IMG/VR virus record: IMGVR_UViG_2737471840_000007
Span: 1-40,626 of that record
DNA length: 40,626 bases
Reading direction: 5' to 3' (one strand)
Source: a virus
Lineage: Duplodnaviria; Heunggongvirae; Uroviricota; Caudoviricetes
Shown here: positions 17,841-27,977 of the stretch, in pieces
Layout of the letters: each line of letters starts with the position of its first letter
Numbering within the stretch: the stretch's first letter is position 1
Position numbers and translations under genes: made by a program
The notes under the pieces: model-generated
The model's input: only the letters and a program-made list of their open reading frames with translations
Database searches by the model: none
What the model was told of the DNA's origin: nothing

Positions 17841-17881
17841 CTGCCGTTAGTGACTCTTAAGTTGCAACGGTGGCTTTTTTT
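17841..17881 (+). terminator. tR'-like intrinsic terminator
   Basis: Stem CTGCCGTT/AACGGTGG (with G-U pairs) followed by CTTTTTTT. Confidence 0.45.
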
Positions 17882-17885
17882 ATTT

Positions 17886-17960
17886 GGGTCAGTCGTATAA
17901 AGGTCATTACGGAAGGCTGTTAACCTTCTTATCGTGGTTCGAGCCCACGCTGTCCCGCCA
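17886..17960 (+). tRNA. tRNA-Asn-like (anticodon GTT), phage-encoded, some stem mismatches
   Basis: 75-nt cloverleaf folded by hand: acceptor GGGTCAG/CTGTCCC (1 mismatch), anticodon stem GAAGG/CCTTC, loop CTGTTAA, T-arm CGTGG-TTCGAGC-CCACG, 3' GCCA. Confidence 0.5.
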
Positions 17961-17965
17961 AACAT

Positions 17966-18041
17966 GCTGGTTTAGCTCCAATGGTAGAGCAGTCGCCTTG
18001 TAAGCGAATGGGTAGCGGTTCAAGTCCGTTAACCAGCACCA
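17966..18041 (+). tRNA. tRNA-Thr-like (anticodon TGT), phage-encoded
   Basis: 76-nt cloverleaf: perfect acceptor GCTGGTT/AACCAGC, D-arm GCTC-CAATGGTA-GAGC, anticodon loop CTTGTAA, T-loop TTCAAGT, 3' ACCA. Confidence 0.65.
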
Positions 18042-18128
18042 TAACTGAGCCGTAGCCACTGGCTATCCTGAATTCATCAGTGATAGTTATGCTGCGGCCT
18101 TCTACACATGACCTTCGTGAAAGCGGGG

Positions 18129-18160
18129 GCAGGAGGTTGTTAGCGCAACCTCCTGCCGTT
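18129..18160 (+). terminator. Stable hairpin (11-bp perfect stem) followed by TTTT, possible terminator or processing site between tRNAs and S
   Basis: GCAGGAGGTTG-TTAGCG-CAACCTCCTGC then CGTTTTG. Confidence 0.35.
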
Positions 18161-18282
18161 TTGCCCGTGCATATCGGTCACGAACAAATCTGATTACTAA
18201 ACGCAGTAGCCTGGATTTGTTCTATCAGTAATCGACCTTATTCCTAATTAAATAGAGCAAATCCCCTTATTGGGGCTAAGAC

Positions 18283-18606
18283 ATGAAGATGCCAGAAAAA
18301 CATGACCTGTTAGCCGCCATTCTCGCGGCAAAGGAACAAGGCATCGGGGCAATCCTTGCGTTTGCAATGGCGTACCTTCGCGGCAGATATAATGGCGGTG
18401 CGTTTACAAAAACAGTAATCGACGCAACGATGTGCGCCATTATCGCCTGGTTCATTCGTGACCTTCTCGACTTCGCCGGACTAAGTAGCAATCTCGCTTA
18501 TATAACGAGCGTGTTCATCGGCTACATCGGTACTGACTCGATTGGTTCGCTTATCAAACGCTTCGCTGCTAAAAAAGCCGGAGTAGAAGATGGTGGAAAT
18601 CAATAA
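18283..18606 (+). CDS. S: Holin S (lambda class I holin, S107/S105 dual start)
   Basis: 107-aa [38 protein letters not shown]... near-identical to lambda S as recalled. Confidence 0.95.
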   Translation: MKMPEKHDLLAAILAAKEQGIGAILAFAMAYLRGRYNGGAFTKTVIDATMCAIIAWFIRDLLDFAGLSSNLAYITSVFIGYIGTDSIGSLIKRFAAKKAGVEDGGNQ

Positions 18607-19066
18607 TCAACGTAAGGCGTTCCTCGATATGCTGGCATGGTCAGAGGGAACTGATAACGGACGTCAGAAAACCAGAAATCATGGTTATGACGTCATTGTA
18701 GGTGGAGAGCTATTCACTGATTACTCTGATCACCCTCGCAAACTTGTCACGCTAAACCCAAAACTCAAATCAACAGCCGCCGGGCGCTACCAGCTTCTTT
18801 CCCGTTGGTGGGATGCCTATCGTAAGCAGCTTGGCCTGAAAGACTTCTCTCCGAAAAGCCAGGACGCTGTGGCACTGCAACAGATTAAAGAGCGTGGCGC
18901 TTTACCGATGATTGATCGCGGTGATATTCGTCAGGCAATCGACCGTTGCAGCAATATCTGGGCTTCACTGCCGGGCGCTGGTTATGGTCAGTTCGAGCAT
19001 AAGGCTGACAACCTGATTGCAAAATTCAAAGAAGCTGGCGGAACGGTCAGAGAGATTGAGGTATGA
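18590..19066 (+). CDS. R: Endolysin R (lambda lytic transglycosylase)
   Basis: 158-aa [42 protein letters not shown]... near-identical to lambda R. Confidence 0.95.
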   Translation: MVEINNQRKAFLDMLAWSEGTDNGRQKTRNHGYDVIVGGELFTDYSDHPRKLVTLNPKLKSTAAGRYQLLSRWWDAYRKQLGLKDFSPKSQDAVALQQIKERGALPMIDRGDIRQAIDRCSNIWASLPGAGYGQFEHKADNLIAKFKEAGGTVREIEV

Positions 19067-19500
19067 GCAGAGTCACCGCGATTATCTCCGCTCTGGTTAT
19101 TTGCATCATCGTCTGCCTGTCATGGGCTGTTAATCATTACCGTGATAACGCCATCGCCTATAAAGAACAGCGCGATAAAGCCACGTCCATCATCGCTGAT
19201 ATGCAGAAGCGTCAACGTGATGTAGCAGAACTTGACGCCAGATACACAAAGGAGCTTGCTGATGCTAACGCGACTATCGAAAGTCTCCGTGCTGATGTTT
19301 CTGCTGGGCGTAAGCGCCTGCAAGTCGCCGCCACCTGTGCAAAGTCAACGACCGGAGCCAGCAGCATGGGCGATGGAGAAAGCCCAGGACTTACAGCAGA
19401 TGCTGAACTCAATTATTACCGTCTCCGAAGTGGAATCGACAAGATAACCGCGCAGGTTAACTACCTGCAGGAATACATCAGGACGCAATGCCTGAAATAA
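19063..19500 (+). CDS. Rz: i-spanin Rz
   Basis: 145-aa ORF with N-terminal TM and coiled coil; lambda Rz-like; Rz1 embedded in +1 frame. Confidence 0.9.
   Translation: MSRVTAIISALVICIIVCLSWAVNHYRDNAIAYKEQRDKATSIIADMQKRQRDVAELDARYTKELADANATIESLRADVSAGRKRLQVAATCAKSTTGASSMGDGESPGLTADAELNYYRLRSGIDKITAQVNYLQEYIRTQCLK
19262..19447 (+). CDS. Rz1: o-spanin Rz1 (lipoprotein embedded in Rz)
   Basis: Embedded ORF with lipobox LLGVSAC and proline-rich region [13 protein letters not shown]; start chosen at MLTRLSK. Confidence 0.7.
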   Translation: MLTRLSKVSVLMFLLGVSACKSPPPVQSQRPEPAAWAMEKAQDLQQMLNSIITVSEVESTR

Positions 19501-19531
19501 TTTTTTTGCAAATCACAAAGTCCATTTAATG

Positions 19532-19586
19532 AGCCTCGCGATGCGGGGCTTTTTGCAATAAATGCGTACCGCAACGCATGTTTTTT
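19532..19586 (+). terminator. Tandem intrinsic terminators downstream of Rz
   Basis: Hairpin AGCCTCGC-GAT-GCGGGGCT + TTTTG (19532..19554) and hairpin ATGCGT-ACCGCA-ACGCAT + GTTTTTT (19562..19586). Confidence 0.5.
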
Positions 19587-19701
19587 ACACCGAACCTGCC
19601 CCTTTGGAATGGGCCTTTGAGGATACCAGTTAGTGCTGGCGAGCCTCGGTGGGCTGGTTTCCTGTGCGGCAAAGGTTCATTTCAAAGAGTAGGTACACGC
19701 T

Positions 19702-20199
19702 ATGAAATCATTAACCCTCTTCAATCAACCAATTCGTATCGGTGAAGATGGCATGATCTGCCTCACTGATATGTGGAAAGCCAGTGGTAAAAGTGAATCT
19801 GAATCGCCTTACCACTACCTGCGAAACAAGCAGACCAAAGAGTTCTTAGCCGAGCTGGAGAAAAACCACGAATCTGTGGTTTTTACTGAGCGCGGTGTAC
19901 ACGGTGGAACATATGGCGGGAAGTTTGTTGCTTACGATTATGCGGCTTGGTTAAACCCCGGGTTCAAGTACGCGGCCTATAAAGTCCTCGATGACTACTT
20001 CACCGGAGAACTTCAGCATCGCAACAGCTTAAGTGCGCAGCTCAACATGAAATGTCATGAGTTTGACCAGAAGAAAGACATGGCGAGCTTCTGCGGACAA
20101 GGGCTGGCAGCATGGCGCTATACGAAGCCAGTGTTGGTCGCTGAGATTAACTCCCTGGCTAACCAGCTGCAGATTACGATCCCCGGGCTTCCGGGATGA
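19702..20199 (+). CDS. KilA-N domain protein (putative)
   Basis: 165-aa ORF; N-terminal region IRIGEDGMICLTDMWKASGK resembles KilA-N DNA-binding domain; assignment from memory. Confidence 0.4.
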   Translation: MKSLTLFNQPIRIGEDGMICLTDMWKASGKSESESPYHYLRNKQTKEFLAELEKNHESVVFTERGVHGGTYGGKFVAYDYAAWLNPGFKYAAYKVLDDYFTGELQHRNSLSAQLNMKCHEFDQKKDMASFCGQGLAAWRYTKPVLVAEINSLANQLQITIPGLPG

Positions 20200-20453
20200 G
20201 TGATCGTGTTATTGAATGCGCCTCCAGAGCGGGGCGCGACTTCTCAGAGTTCATGAAAGGCGAGAAGGGCATGATGGAAGCATTGGCCTCGGTGGATGAG
20301 TTTGGCGAGCAGCTGCGCCTCAACGGCTGTGTCAATCATCACTTTGTTAGCTACATGATGCGGAACTCGATCATGCAGGCATTCATGGACATGGCAAAAG
20401 CCGAGAAGAAAGAAGAGTGCCGACGTAAGCGAGCGGAAGCAAAAGCGAAGTAG
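20196..20453 (+). CDS. Hypothetical protein (85 aa)
   Basis: ORF with ATGA overlap to upstream gene; basic C-terminus. Confidence 0.5.
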   Translation: MSDRVIECASRAGRDFSEFMKGEKGMMEALASVDEFGEQLRLNGCVNHHFVSYMMRNSIMQAFMDMAKAEKKEECRRKRAEAKAK

Positions 20454-20747
20454 CCATTACAAAGCCCATCTACGGGTGGGCTTGATAATGAAACCGGAAT
20501 TTATTCTTGGCAACCAGTTACGGCAGTACCACGAAGCAACCCAAGCCAGTAAGTGGGGAAATAACACTGGCAGCCACTGAAAGATGAACCTCCAGCCTTA
20601 TGGCAAAAAAGATTCTTTGTGGTGGCGGGCTGATGGAAAGACATCGGTTATTGCAGAGACCATTCAATGAGTGGTCTCGACAATGGCTTATACCCTACAC
20701 GGGATAACTTAACTGATATCCCTTTTAACGGATAAACGGAGCCAATA

Positions 20748-21302
20748 ATGGCAAAGCTCACAGACAAACAAGAGCTGTTTGCCCGTGAGTACCTGAAAGA
20801 TTTAAACGCCACTCAGGCAGCTATCAGGGCGGGTTACAGCGAGAAAACTGCTCGCGCCACTGGTAGCGAGAACCTGTCAAAACCTGACATAGCAGATCGC
20901 ATTGCTGAGCTAAAGGCTGAACGCAATGAAGAGGTAGGTATAGACGCTGCCTATGTATTGCGACGGCTGACTGAAATCGATCAGATGGACGTGCTTGACA
21001 TTCTGCTTGCCAATGGCGAACTGAAGCCGATTAAAGACTGGCCTAAGGTGTGGCGTACAACGCTATCAGGAATGGATGTCGTCGAGATGGCATCAGCAGA
21101 TAGTGCTGCTCTCCTGAAGAAAATCAAATGGCCTGATAAGGTTAAAAACCTTGAGTTGCTCGGGCGTCATGTTTCTGTTCAGGCGTTTAAAGACAATGTC
21201 AAAAATGAAGTGACTGGTGCTGACGGAGGACCAGTCAGAACAGAAATTACCAACTTAACGCCGGAGCAGGCTGCAGAAGCGTATAAAAAAATGATGGGCT
21301 AA
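20748..21302 (+). CDS. Terminase small subunit
   Basis: 184-aa [51 protein letters not shown]..., typical TerS (Terminase_2-like) N-terminus; immediately upstream of large subunit. Confidence 0.75.
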   Translation: MAKLTDKQELFAREYLKDLNATQAAIRAGYSEKTARATGSENLSKPDIADRIAELKAERNEEVGIDAAYVLRRLTEIDQMDVLDILLANGELKPIKDWPKVWRTTLSGMDVVEMASADSAALLKKIKWPDKVKNLELLGRHVSVQAFKDNVKNEVTGADGGPVRTEITNLTPEQAAEAYKKMMG

Positions 21303-21304
21303 GT

Positions 21305-22927
21305 ATGCCGTTACCATTTCCCTTCGATTTTAAACATCCTGATTACCAGATGGTTTTTGAATGGCGGATGGAACGCCTACAACGCATTCGCCAGAATCCT
21401 GAAATATTGCCTGCACTAAAACAGTTTTACCGAACCAATCCGGCTCAGTTCATCATCGACTGGGGCATGACAACGGACCCGCGTAATATTGATTATGGCC
21501 TGCCGGTGACCATTCCGTTTTTACTCTTCCCTAAGCAGGAGGAGTGGATCCACTGGATTATGGAACGCTGGGGCAATCGGGAGAATGGTATTACCGAAAA
21601 ATCCCGTGAAATGGGGCTCAGTTGGACCGCGATCGGACTGGCCTGCTCGCTTTGTCTCTTCAACAAAGAAATGGTTATCGGTTTCGGCTCCCGTAAAGAG
21701 GAATACGTCGACAGCACCGGTGACCCGAAAGCATTGTTCTGGAAGGCGCGCAAGTTCGTGGAAACGCTGCCCATCGAGTTTCGTGGTTCGTGGGACGAGA
21801 AGAAGCATGCGCCGTATATGCGCGTTGAGTTTCCAGATACTGGCGCGGTTATCAAAGGCGAGGCTGGCGACAATATCGGACGTGGTGACCGTACCACGCT
21901 CTACCTGGTGGATGAAGCTGCATTCCTCCAGCGTCCTCTGTTGATTGATGCGGCGCTGTCGCAAACCACCCGTTGCCGTATTGACCTGAGCTCGGTTAAT
22001 GGCATGGCGAACCCGTTCGCGCAGAAGCGCCACGGCGGGAAGATACCGGTATTCACATTCCACTGGCGAAATGACCCGCGCAAGGATGAAGAGTGGTATC
22101 GCAGGGAATGCGAGAAAATCGACAATCCGGTGGTGGTAGCGCAGGAACTTGACCTGAACTACAGCGCATCTGCGGAAGGCGTCCTGATCCCGTCCGATTG
22201 GGTACAGGCTGCCGTCGACGCTCATATTAAGCTGGGCATCCAGCCAACGGGCAAACGCCTGGGCGCGATGGACGTCGCCGACGAAGGCCGGGACAAAAAC
22301 GCCTTTTCGACCCGTCACGGCTTCCTCCTGGAGAACGTGCGGGAATGGTCCGGCGTGGGCAGCGACATTTACCAGTCCGTTGAGAAGGTCTTCGGCTTTT
22401 GCGAACAGGACAACCTCGAAGAATTTCGCTTCGACGAGGACGGCCTGGGCGCTGGCGTTCGCGGCGATGCACGCGCCATCAACGAACTGCGTAACGCTGC
22501 GCGCCGACCGTCAATACTCGCCACACCGTTTCGCGGTAGCGGCGCGGTGTTTGATCCGGACGACGAAGCGGTGCGCGGCGACAACGGACAGGCCGCCCGC
22601 CTGAACAAGGACTTCTTTGCTAACGCCAAGGCCCAGAGCTGGTGGCAATTACGCAAGCTTTTCCAGAACACCTATCGCGCCGTGGTTGAGGGAATGGCCT
22701 ACAACCCGGACGAAATTATCTCAATCAGCAGCGCCATGGCGAGCAAAGACAAACTCATCATCGAGCTGTCGCAACCGACCTATTCCATTAACGGTGTGGG
22801 GAAAATCGTTGTTGATAAACAGCCTGACGGCACCAAGTCGCCGAACCTCGCCGACTCGGTGATGATCAGCTACGCGCCAATGAATTCAGCCCTGAACATC
22901 TGGGAGCTGCTAGGGAGACAGGCCTGA
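21305..22927 (+). CDS. Terminase large subunit
   Basis: 540-aa ORF following TerS, with Walker-B-like LYLVDEAAF and nuclease-domain acidic residues; position before portal. Confidence 0.8.
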   Translation: MPLPFPFDFKHPDYQMVFEWRMERLQRIRQNPEILPALKQFYRTNPAQFIIDWGMTTDPRNIDYGLPVTIPFLLFPKQEEWIHWIMERWGNRENGITEKSREMGLSWTAIGLACSLCLFNKEMVIGFGSRKEEYVDSTGDPKALFWKARKFVETLPIEFRGSWDEKKHAPYMRVEFPDTGAVIKGEAGDNIGRGDRTTLYLVDEAAFLQRPLLIDAALSQTTRCRIDLSSVNGMANPFAQKRHGGKIPVFTFHWRNDPRKDEEWYRRECEKIDNPVVVAQELDLNYSASAEGVLIPSDWVQAAVDAHIKLGIQPTGKRLGAMDVADEGRDKNAFSTRHGFLLENVREWSGVGSDIYQSVEKVFGFCEQDNLEEFRFDEDGLGAGVRGDARAINELRNAARRPSILATPFRGSGAVFDPDDEAVRGDNGQAARLNKDFFANAKAQSWWQLRKLFQNTYRAVVEGMAYNPDEIISISSAMASKDKLIIELSQPTYSINGVGKIVVDKQPDGTKSPNLADSVMISYAPMNSALNIWELLGRQA

Positions 22928-24393
22928 TGGAACGAAACAAACAAGCCACGCGGCGAACGGCACAGGCCACCGCTGATGGCTATGAGAACTTTGTCGCCCG
23001 CGTGGGGATGCAGACGCCTAACCAGCACTCAGCATCGACCTACCGGGCTAACTTCACCAGCCGCAACCGCATGCTGGTGGAATGGTCCTATCGTTCGTCC
23101 TGGATCATCGGCGAAGCGGTCGACGCTATCCCGGATGATATGACCCGCAAAGGCATTCGCATTACTTCGGAAATTGATGCAAAAGATCGCGGCATTCTCG
23201 AATCACAACTTGATGAGTTGCAGATCTGGGATGCGCTGAACGACGTGCTGAAATGGTCTCGCCTCTACGGCGGCGCGGTCGGCTTCATCATGATCGAGGG
23301 GCAGGCACCAATGACCCCGCTGCGGCTCGAAACCATTGGAGAAGGCAAGTTTAAGGGCATTCTCCCGCTCGACCGCTGGATGATTAACCCGGTGCTGACC
23401 CGTCGCATTAAAGATATGGGGCCAGATCTCGGCAAACCTGAGTTTTACGACGTGGTGACCACTGCAACGGGCATCCCGGCCTGGCGCATCCATCACAGCC
23501 GCCTGATTCGCTTCGACGGGGTGACGCTACCATTCCAGCAGAAGATGACCGAAAACGAATGGGGAATGTCGGTTGTAGAGCGTATCTGGGATCGGCTTAC
23601 TGCGTTCGATAGCGCTACTGTCGGCGCGGCGCAGCTGGTCTATAAAGCGCATCTGCGTACCTATAGCGTGGAGAAGTTGCGCGAGCTTATCGCGCTTGGA
23701 GGACCGGCGTTCGAAGCGTTGCTGAAGAACATCGACCTGATCCGCCAGTTCCAGAGCAATGAAGGTATGACGCTCATGGACTCGCGGGATAAGTTCGAAA
23801 CCCACCAGTACAGCTTTAGTGGTCTGGATGACATTCTTTCGCAGTTTGCTGAGCAGATCAGCGGTGCCGTTGGTATCCCGCTGGTACGCCTGTTCGGTCA
23901 ATCCCCGAAAGGCTTCTCTACTGGTGATGCAGACCTCGCCAACTATTACGACCGGGTGAGCTCATTGCAGGAGCGCCGCTTACGGATGCCGATGCGCCGG
24001 ATACTGGACATTATGCACCGCTCGGAACTCGGTAAGCCGCTGCCGGACGATTTCACGTTTGAGTTTAACCCGCTCTGGCAAATGTCTGATGTCGATCGCT
24101 CAACGGTGGCGTTAAACACTACCAACGCAATCAGTACGGCGCTGGGTGATGGTCTGATGACACTGAAAGCCGCTATGACCGATTTGCGCGAAAATTCTGA
24201 CGTAACCGGCATCGGGGCATCCATTACCGACGAGGACATAGAGAATGCCGAAGACGAAGCGCCGCCAGGCATCGGCGAACTTGGCGACAAACCGCCAGAG
24301 TCGCCAGGCGGAGATCCGATATCGAACGAGCCTACGGCAGATAGCGCGGGCGGTCGGGGATATCGTAAATGGGCGCTACGATGGTTCAAATGA
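22927..24393 (+). CDS. Portal protein
   Basis: 488-aa ORF immediately after terminase (ATGA overlap), acidic C-terminal tail; position and size. Confidence 0.7.
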   Translation: MERNKQATRRTAQATADGYENFVARVGMQTPNQHSASTYRANFTSRNRMLVEWSYRSSWIIGEAVDAIPDDMTRKGIRITSEIDAKDRGILESQLDELQIWDALNDVLKWSRLYGGAVGFIMIEGQAPMTPLRLETIGEGKFKGILPLDRWMINPVLTRRIKDMGPDLGKPEFYDVVTTATGIPAWRIHHSRLIRFDGVTLPFQQKMTENEWGMSVVERIWDRLTAFDSATVGAAQLVYKAHLRTYSVEKLRELIALGGPAFEALLKNIDLIRQFQSNEGMTLMDSRDKFETHQYSFSGLDDILSQFAEQISGAVGIPLVRLFGQSPKGFSTGDADLANYYDRVSSLQERRLRMPMRRILDIMHRSELGKPLPDDFTFEFNPLWQMSDVDRSTVALNTTNAISTALGDGLMTLKAAMTDLRENSDVTGIGASITDEDIENAEDEAPPGIGELGDKPPESPGGDPISNEPTADSAGGRGYRKWALRWFK

Positions 24394-25018
24394 TAGCGTT
24401 ACCGAAATAATGGATGCGCTGGAGCGCTACAGCGAAATCATCACCCCCTGGGCGACTAAGGTTGCTGAGAGCTTCACCGCCGACATTGCGCGCCAGAATG
24501 AAAAGCAGTGGCGTCAACACAGCCGGAACATCAGCGCAGAGCTGCGCAACATGGTTGACCGCGCCCCGGTAGGCCAGGTGATGAAATCCATCGTCGCCGA
24601 GCAAATTAAGTACATCAAATCTCTGCCTCTTGAGGCCGCCGATCGGGTGTATGACATTCAGAACAAGGCCATCGAGGCTGTAGTAACTGGTGGCCGCGCT
24701 GAGCCATTCGCGAAAGAGATAGCTGCTTCCGGTGACGTGTCACGCTCACGAGCGAACCTTATCGCCCGGACTGAGCTTGGGCGCGCAACCGGTGCACTGG
24801 ATCAGGCGCGTGCGCTGTCAATCGGCTCGAATGGTTATATCTGGCGTACAGCCGAAGATGGCGACGTCCGGCATTCTCATCGAGAGATGGAAGGGAAGTT
24901 TATCGAATGGGGCAAACCTCCAACGCTTGACGGCATGACCGGTCACGCTGGCGAGCTCCCGAACTGCCGCTGTTACAAAGAGATCGTCTTCCCCAACCCT
25001 CATTCTTATCTCGCCTGA
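24245..25018 (+). CDS. Head morphogenesis protein (Mu F-like / SPP1 gp7-like minor head protein)
   Basis: 257-aa ORF after portal; F-like domain features; start ambiguous: ORF begins 149 nt inside portal gene, alternative ATG at 24410. Confidence 0.6.
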   Translation: MPKTKRRQASANLATNRQSRQAEIRYRTSLRQIARAVGDIVNGRYDGSNDSVTEIMDALERYSEIITPWATKVAESFTADIARQNEKQWRQHSRNISAELRNMVDRAPVGQVMKSIVAEQIKYIKSLPLEAADRVYDIQNKAIEAVVTGGRAEPFAKEIAASGDVSRSRANLIARTELGRATGALDQARALSIGSNGYIWRTAEDGDVRHSHREMEGKFIEWGKPPTLDGMTGHAGELPNCRCYKEIVFPNPHSYLA

Positions 25019-25032
25019 ATCGCAGGTAAACC

Positions 25033-26253
25033 ATGAAATATTTTTTCAATACCCGGCTGGGGGAAACCCGCTATCAGCTTGCTGACGGCTCGTTGCTGTG
25101 CAGAGACGTGCCGATAGGACGAACAGGTAAGCAGCTCTATGGTGCTGATGACCTGCCAAAACTGAAACCCGATAAGTTCGGTGAGATAGTCGTAACGCGC
25201 TCTCCTGAGCAGGTATTCCATCCCGCCACGCTCGCCTCATTCGAAGGGATGAGCATCACGATCCTGCATCCTGAAGATGAAAACGGGAATGTGCGGCTGG
25301 TAAATCCCGAGAACTGGAAAGAGCTTGCTGTCGGGCACCTCCAGAATGTCCGGCGCGGGACGGGTGAGCAGTCTGATTTGATGCTGGCTGACCTTATCGT
25401 CAAAGACGAAAACGCCATTCAGCTTATCGAAGATGGCCTGCGTGAAGTGTCGTGCGGCTATGACGCGGAATACGAGCAGGCCGAGCCAGGTAAAGCCGAG
25501 CAGGTCGATATTACCGGAAACCATGTGGCTCTTGTCCCTAAAGGCAGAGCCGGAAATCGTTGTGCAATTGGAGACAGAGACACAATGGCAAATCAAAAGA
25601 AAAGCTGGTGGACCCGCATGCGCACGGCCATCAAAACGGGTGACGCTGACACCATGAACGAACTGCTGGACTCTGCGCCAGCGGCGGTAACGGGTGATGA
25701 AGGGGATCTGCCCAGCGGCGTTAACCTCAACATTAACCTTTCACCGCAGCAACCATTGCCGGACAAAAAGCCGGAAATGGGCGGAGAGCCAACCGGCGAC
25801 GGCGAGGACGATATCAAAACCTTGCTTAAAGCCCTGCTGGCTAAGCTGGAAGGAAATGCGACGGGCGATAACGACAATAAGCCTGACGATAATCCGACCG
25901 GTGACGGCGAGGACGATGAAGAGGAAACCACGATTACTGGTGACTCAGCCTGGCGTGCCGAGGTTATCGTCCCAGGTATCGATCTGAGCCGTAAGGTGAA
26001 ACCGACCGCGTTCAAACGTGATGTGCTGGCTTCCGCTGACAAAACGCTGGTTCGCCAGATAGTCGGCGATGCGGATATCCGCAAATTGCCGAAACAATCG
26101 GTCAACATGGCGTTTAATGCCGTGTCAGAGATTGCCAAAGGGCGAAACACCCGCAGCACCACGGGCGATGCACAACGTCCAAATATGGGCATGACCAGCA
26201 TCGCTTCCCTGAACAAACAAAACGCCGACTTCTGGTCTAACCGCAAAGGATAA
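25033..26253 (+). CDS. Putative head scaffolding / prohead core protein
   Basis: 406-aa ORF between head morphogenesis and capsid genes with long acidic low-complexity region (GDGEDD repeats). Confidence 0.45.
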   Translation: MKYFFNTRLGETRYQLADGSLLCRDVPIGRTGKQLYGADDLPKLKPDKFGEIVVTRSPEQVFHPATLASFEGMSITILHPEDENGNVRLVNPENWKELAVGHLQNVRRGTGEQSDLMLADLIVKDENAIQLIEDGLREVSCGYDAEYEQAEPGKAEQVDITGNHVALVPKGRAGNRCAIGDRDTMANQKKSWWTRMRTAIKTGDADTMNELLDSAPAAVTGDEGDLPSGVNLNINLSPQQPLPDKKPEMGGEPTGDGEDDIKTLLKALLAKLEGNATGDNDNKPDDNPTGDGEDDEEETTITGDSAWRAEVIVPGIDLSRKVKPTAFKRDVLASADKTLVRQIVGDADIRKLPKQSVNMAFNAVSEIAKGRNTRSTTGDAQRPNMGMTSIASLNKQNADFWSNRKG

Positions 26254-26257
26254 TCCA

Positions 26258-26761
26258 ATGACTGCATATCTGTACCGGATGCCTGTTGGCATTGCCGGGG
26301 CTATCTCTCGCCCGCAGGACTTAACCGTCGAACCGGTGGTCCTTAAATCCGATAACGCCTTTGCTGCCTATGGGCTGGCTGGTAAATACGATGATGACGG
26401 TTTTTTCGTGCCGCTGGAGGACGGTGACACCGCCGACAAGGTGAAGGGGATCTACGTTCGTCCGTATCCGACCACATCGCAGCCAGACATGGTTCGCCAG
26501 GTGGGGACGGATAAGAATTTCCCGGGCGACGCCATGAAACGTGGCTACATGACCGTTAACCTTGGATCTGGCTTCGATGCCAGCACCATCAAAAAAGGTG
26601 ATCCTGTCTACGTGGTCGTTTCGCTCGATTCAACCATTGACGTGCCGCTGGGCGGCTTCATGTCCACGTCCGTCAGTGGCAAAAACGTGGCGCTGACCAA
26701 CGCCGAATTCACAGGGGCCGGTGACGCTAACGGCAATGCAGAAATCTCCTGGAAGATTTAA
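26258..26761 (+). CDS. Head structural protein (possible decoration protein)
   Basis: 167-aa ORF immediately upstream of major capsid gene. Confidence 0.45.
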   Translation: MTAYLYRMPVGIAGAISRPQDLTVEPVVLKSDNAFAAYGLAGKYDDDGFFVPLEDGDTADKVKGIYVRPYPTTSQPDMVRQVGTDKNFPGDAMKRGYMTVNLGSGFDASTIKKGDPVYVVVSLDSTIDVPLGGFMSTSVSGKNVALTNAEFTGAGDANGNAEISWKI

Positions 26762-26772
26762 GGAACAGACGA

Positions 26773-27714
26773 ATGATTACTTTTGATCAGGCAACCGTTG
26801 ATAGCTCTGGTGCCTTTCTCATCGGGGAGCTGGAGCGACTCGACCAGACGCTGAACCTGCCGCTGGTGGGTTACACCTGGACCCGCGATATTCAGCTGCG
26901 TGAAGACGTTTCTATCGCAGATGACATTTCCAGCTGGACTAACACCAGCTTTGGCGCTGCGGGTACTGGCGCAAATCCGAACGGTAAAAACTGGGTAGGC
27001 AAAGACTCAACCGCTATTGCTGGCGTGAACGTGGATATCGGCAAATCCGGTAACCCGCTGAACCTGTGGGGGATGGAACTTGGCTGGACCGTTGTAGAGC
27101 TGGCAGCAGCTCAGCAGGTAGGTCGCCCGATTGACACCCAGAAGTACGACGGGATGCAGCTCAAATGGCAGATGGACAACGACGAGCAGGTGTATGTTGG
27201 CGATTCCGCATTAAACCTGAAAGGCCTTGTTACCCTGAACGGTGTTCCTGTCAACAACGCTGCCAAAACGTGGGCAACCTCAACACCGGACGAAATCCGC
27301 GCAAGCATTAACCAGGTGCTGTCTGATGCGTGGGCCGCTTCTGGTTACTCTGTGGTTCCGCGTGATTTGCTGATCCCGCCAGAGCAGTTTGCTCTGTTGT
27401 CCAGCATCATCGTTTCATCTGCGGGTAACCAGTCCCTGTTGACGTACCTTCAGACCAACACCATCAGCTATCACCAGAACGGTGTTCCGCTGAATATCCG
27501 CGCGGTTAAATGGCTGAAAGGCCGTGGTGTGGGGAATAAGGATCGCATGGTTGCGTACACCAACGATAAAAAATACGTCCGCTATCCGCTGGTGCCGTTG
27601 CAGAGCGTTCCTATCCAGTATCGCGGTCTGTATCAGATTGCGACCTACTACGGCAAGCTGGGTGCGGTTGAGCCAGTGTACAAAGAAACCATTTCGTACG
27701 TTGATGGCATTTAA
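26773..27714 (+). CDS. Major capsid protein (putative)
   Basis: 313-aa ORF in the head module position expected for the major capsid protein; assignment by context. Confidence 0.55.
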   Translation: MITFDQATVDSSGAFLIGELERLDQTLNLPLVGYTWTRDIQLREDVSIADDISSWTNTSFGAAGTGANPNGKNWVGKDSTAIAGVNVDIGKSGNPLNLWGMELGWTVVELAAAQQVGRPIDTQKYDGMQLKWQMDNDEQVYVGDSALNLKGLVTLNGVPVNNAAKTWATSTPDEIRASINQVLSDAWAASGYSVVPRDLLIPPEQFALLSSIIVSSAGNQSLLTYLQTNTISYHQNGVPLNIRAVKWLKGRGVGNKDRMVAYTNDKKYVRYPLVPLQSVPIQYRGLYQIATYYGKLGAVEPVYKETISYVDGI

Positions 27715-27755
27715 CAGCCACATGGCCCCCTGGCGGGGCCATTAAGGATGACCCG

Positions 27756-27977
27756 ATGGCAAAAAATAATGCAGTAATACACGTACATACCCCGTTTGTG
27801 CTCACGCTTCCCGACGGTTCGCGGCGCGAGTTTGTTAAAGGCCGTCATGCAGTGGAGGAAGACGTTGCCACGCACTGGTTCACTCGTGCGCACGCGGAAG
27901 TATCCGTTGTCAAAGCCACAGACGCGCGTAACGAGGTAAAAAATGCCAAAGAATCAAAGTCTGCCAGCGGTAAGTGA
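27756..27977 (+). CDS. Hypothetical phage protein (73 aa)
   Basis: ORF in the head-to-tail region of the late operon. Confidence 0.4.
   Translation: MAKNNAVIHVHTPFVLTLPDGSRREFVKGRHAVEEDVATHWFTRAHAEVSVVKATDARNEVKNAKESKSASGK

Noticed and set aside
21493-22862. Multiple antisense and out-of-frame ORFs inside the terminase large subunit gene
   Set aside because: Arg/Pro/Ser-rich translations typical of alternative frames of a GC-rich gene; they overlap a confidently assigned structural gene.
25780-25930. Apparent repeat (GDGEDD-encoding) in the scaffold-like gene as a possible DNA tandem repeat or CRISPR-like array
   Set aside because: Only two imperfect copies within coding sequence encoding an acidic low-complexity linker; no spacer-repeat periodicity. 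No CRISPR array was seen anywhere in the window.
25046-26267. Minus-strand ORFs overlapping the scaffold-like gene, including a 224-aa one
   Set aside because: Antisense to a late-operon gene, low-complexity Ser/Pro-rich translations, no SD.
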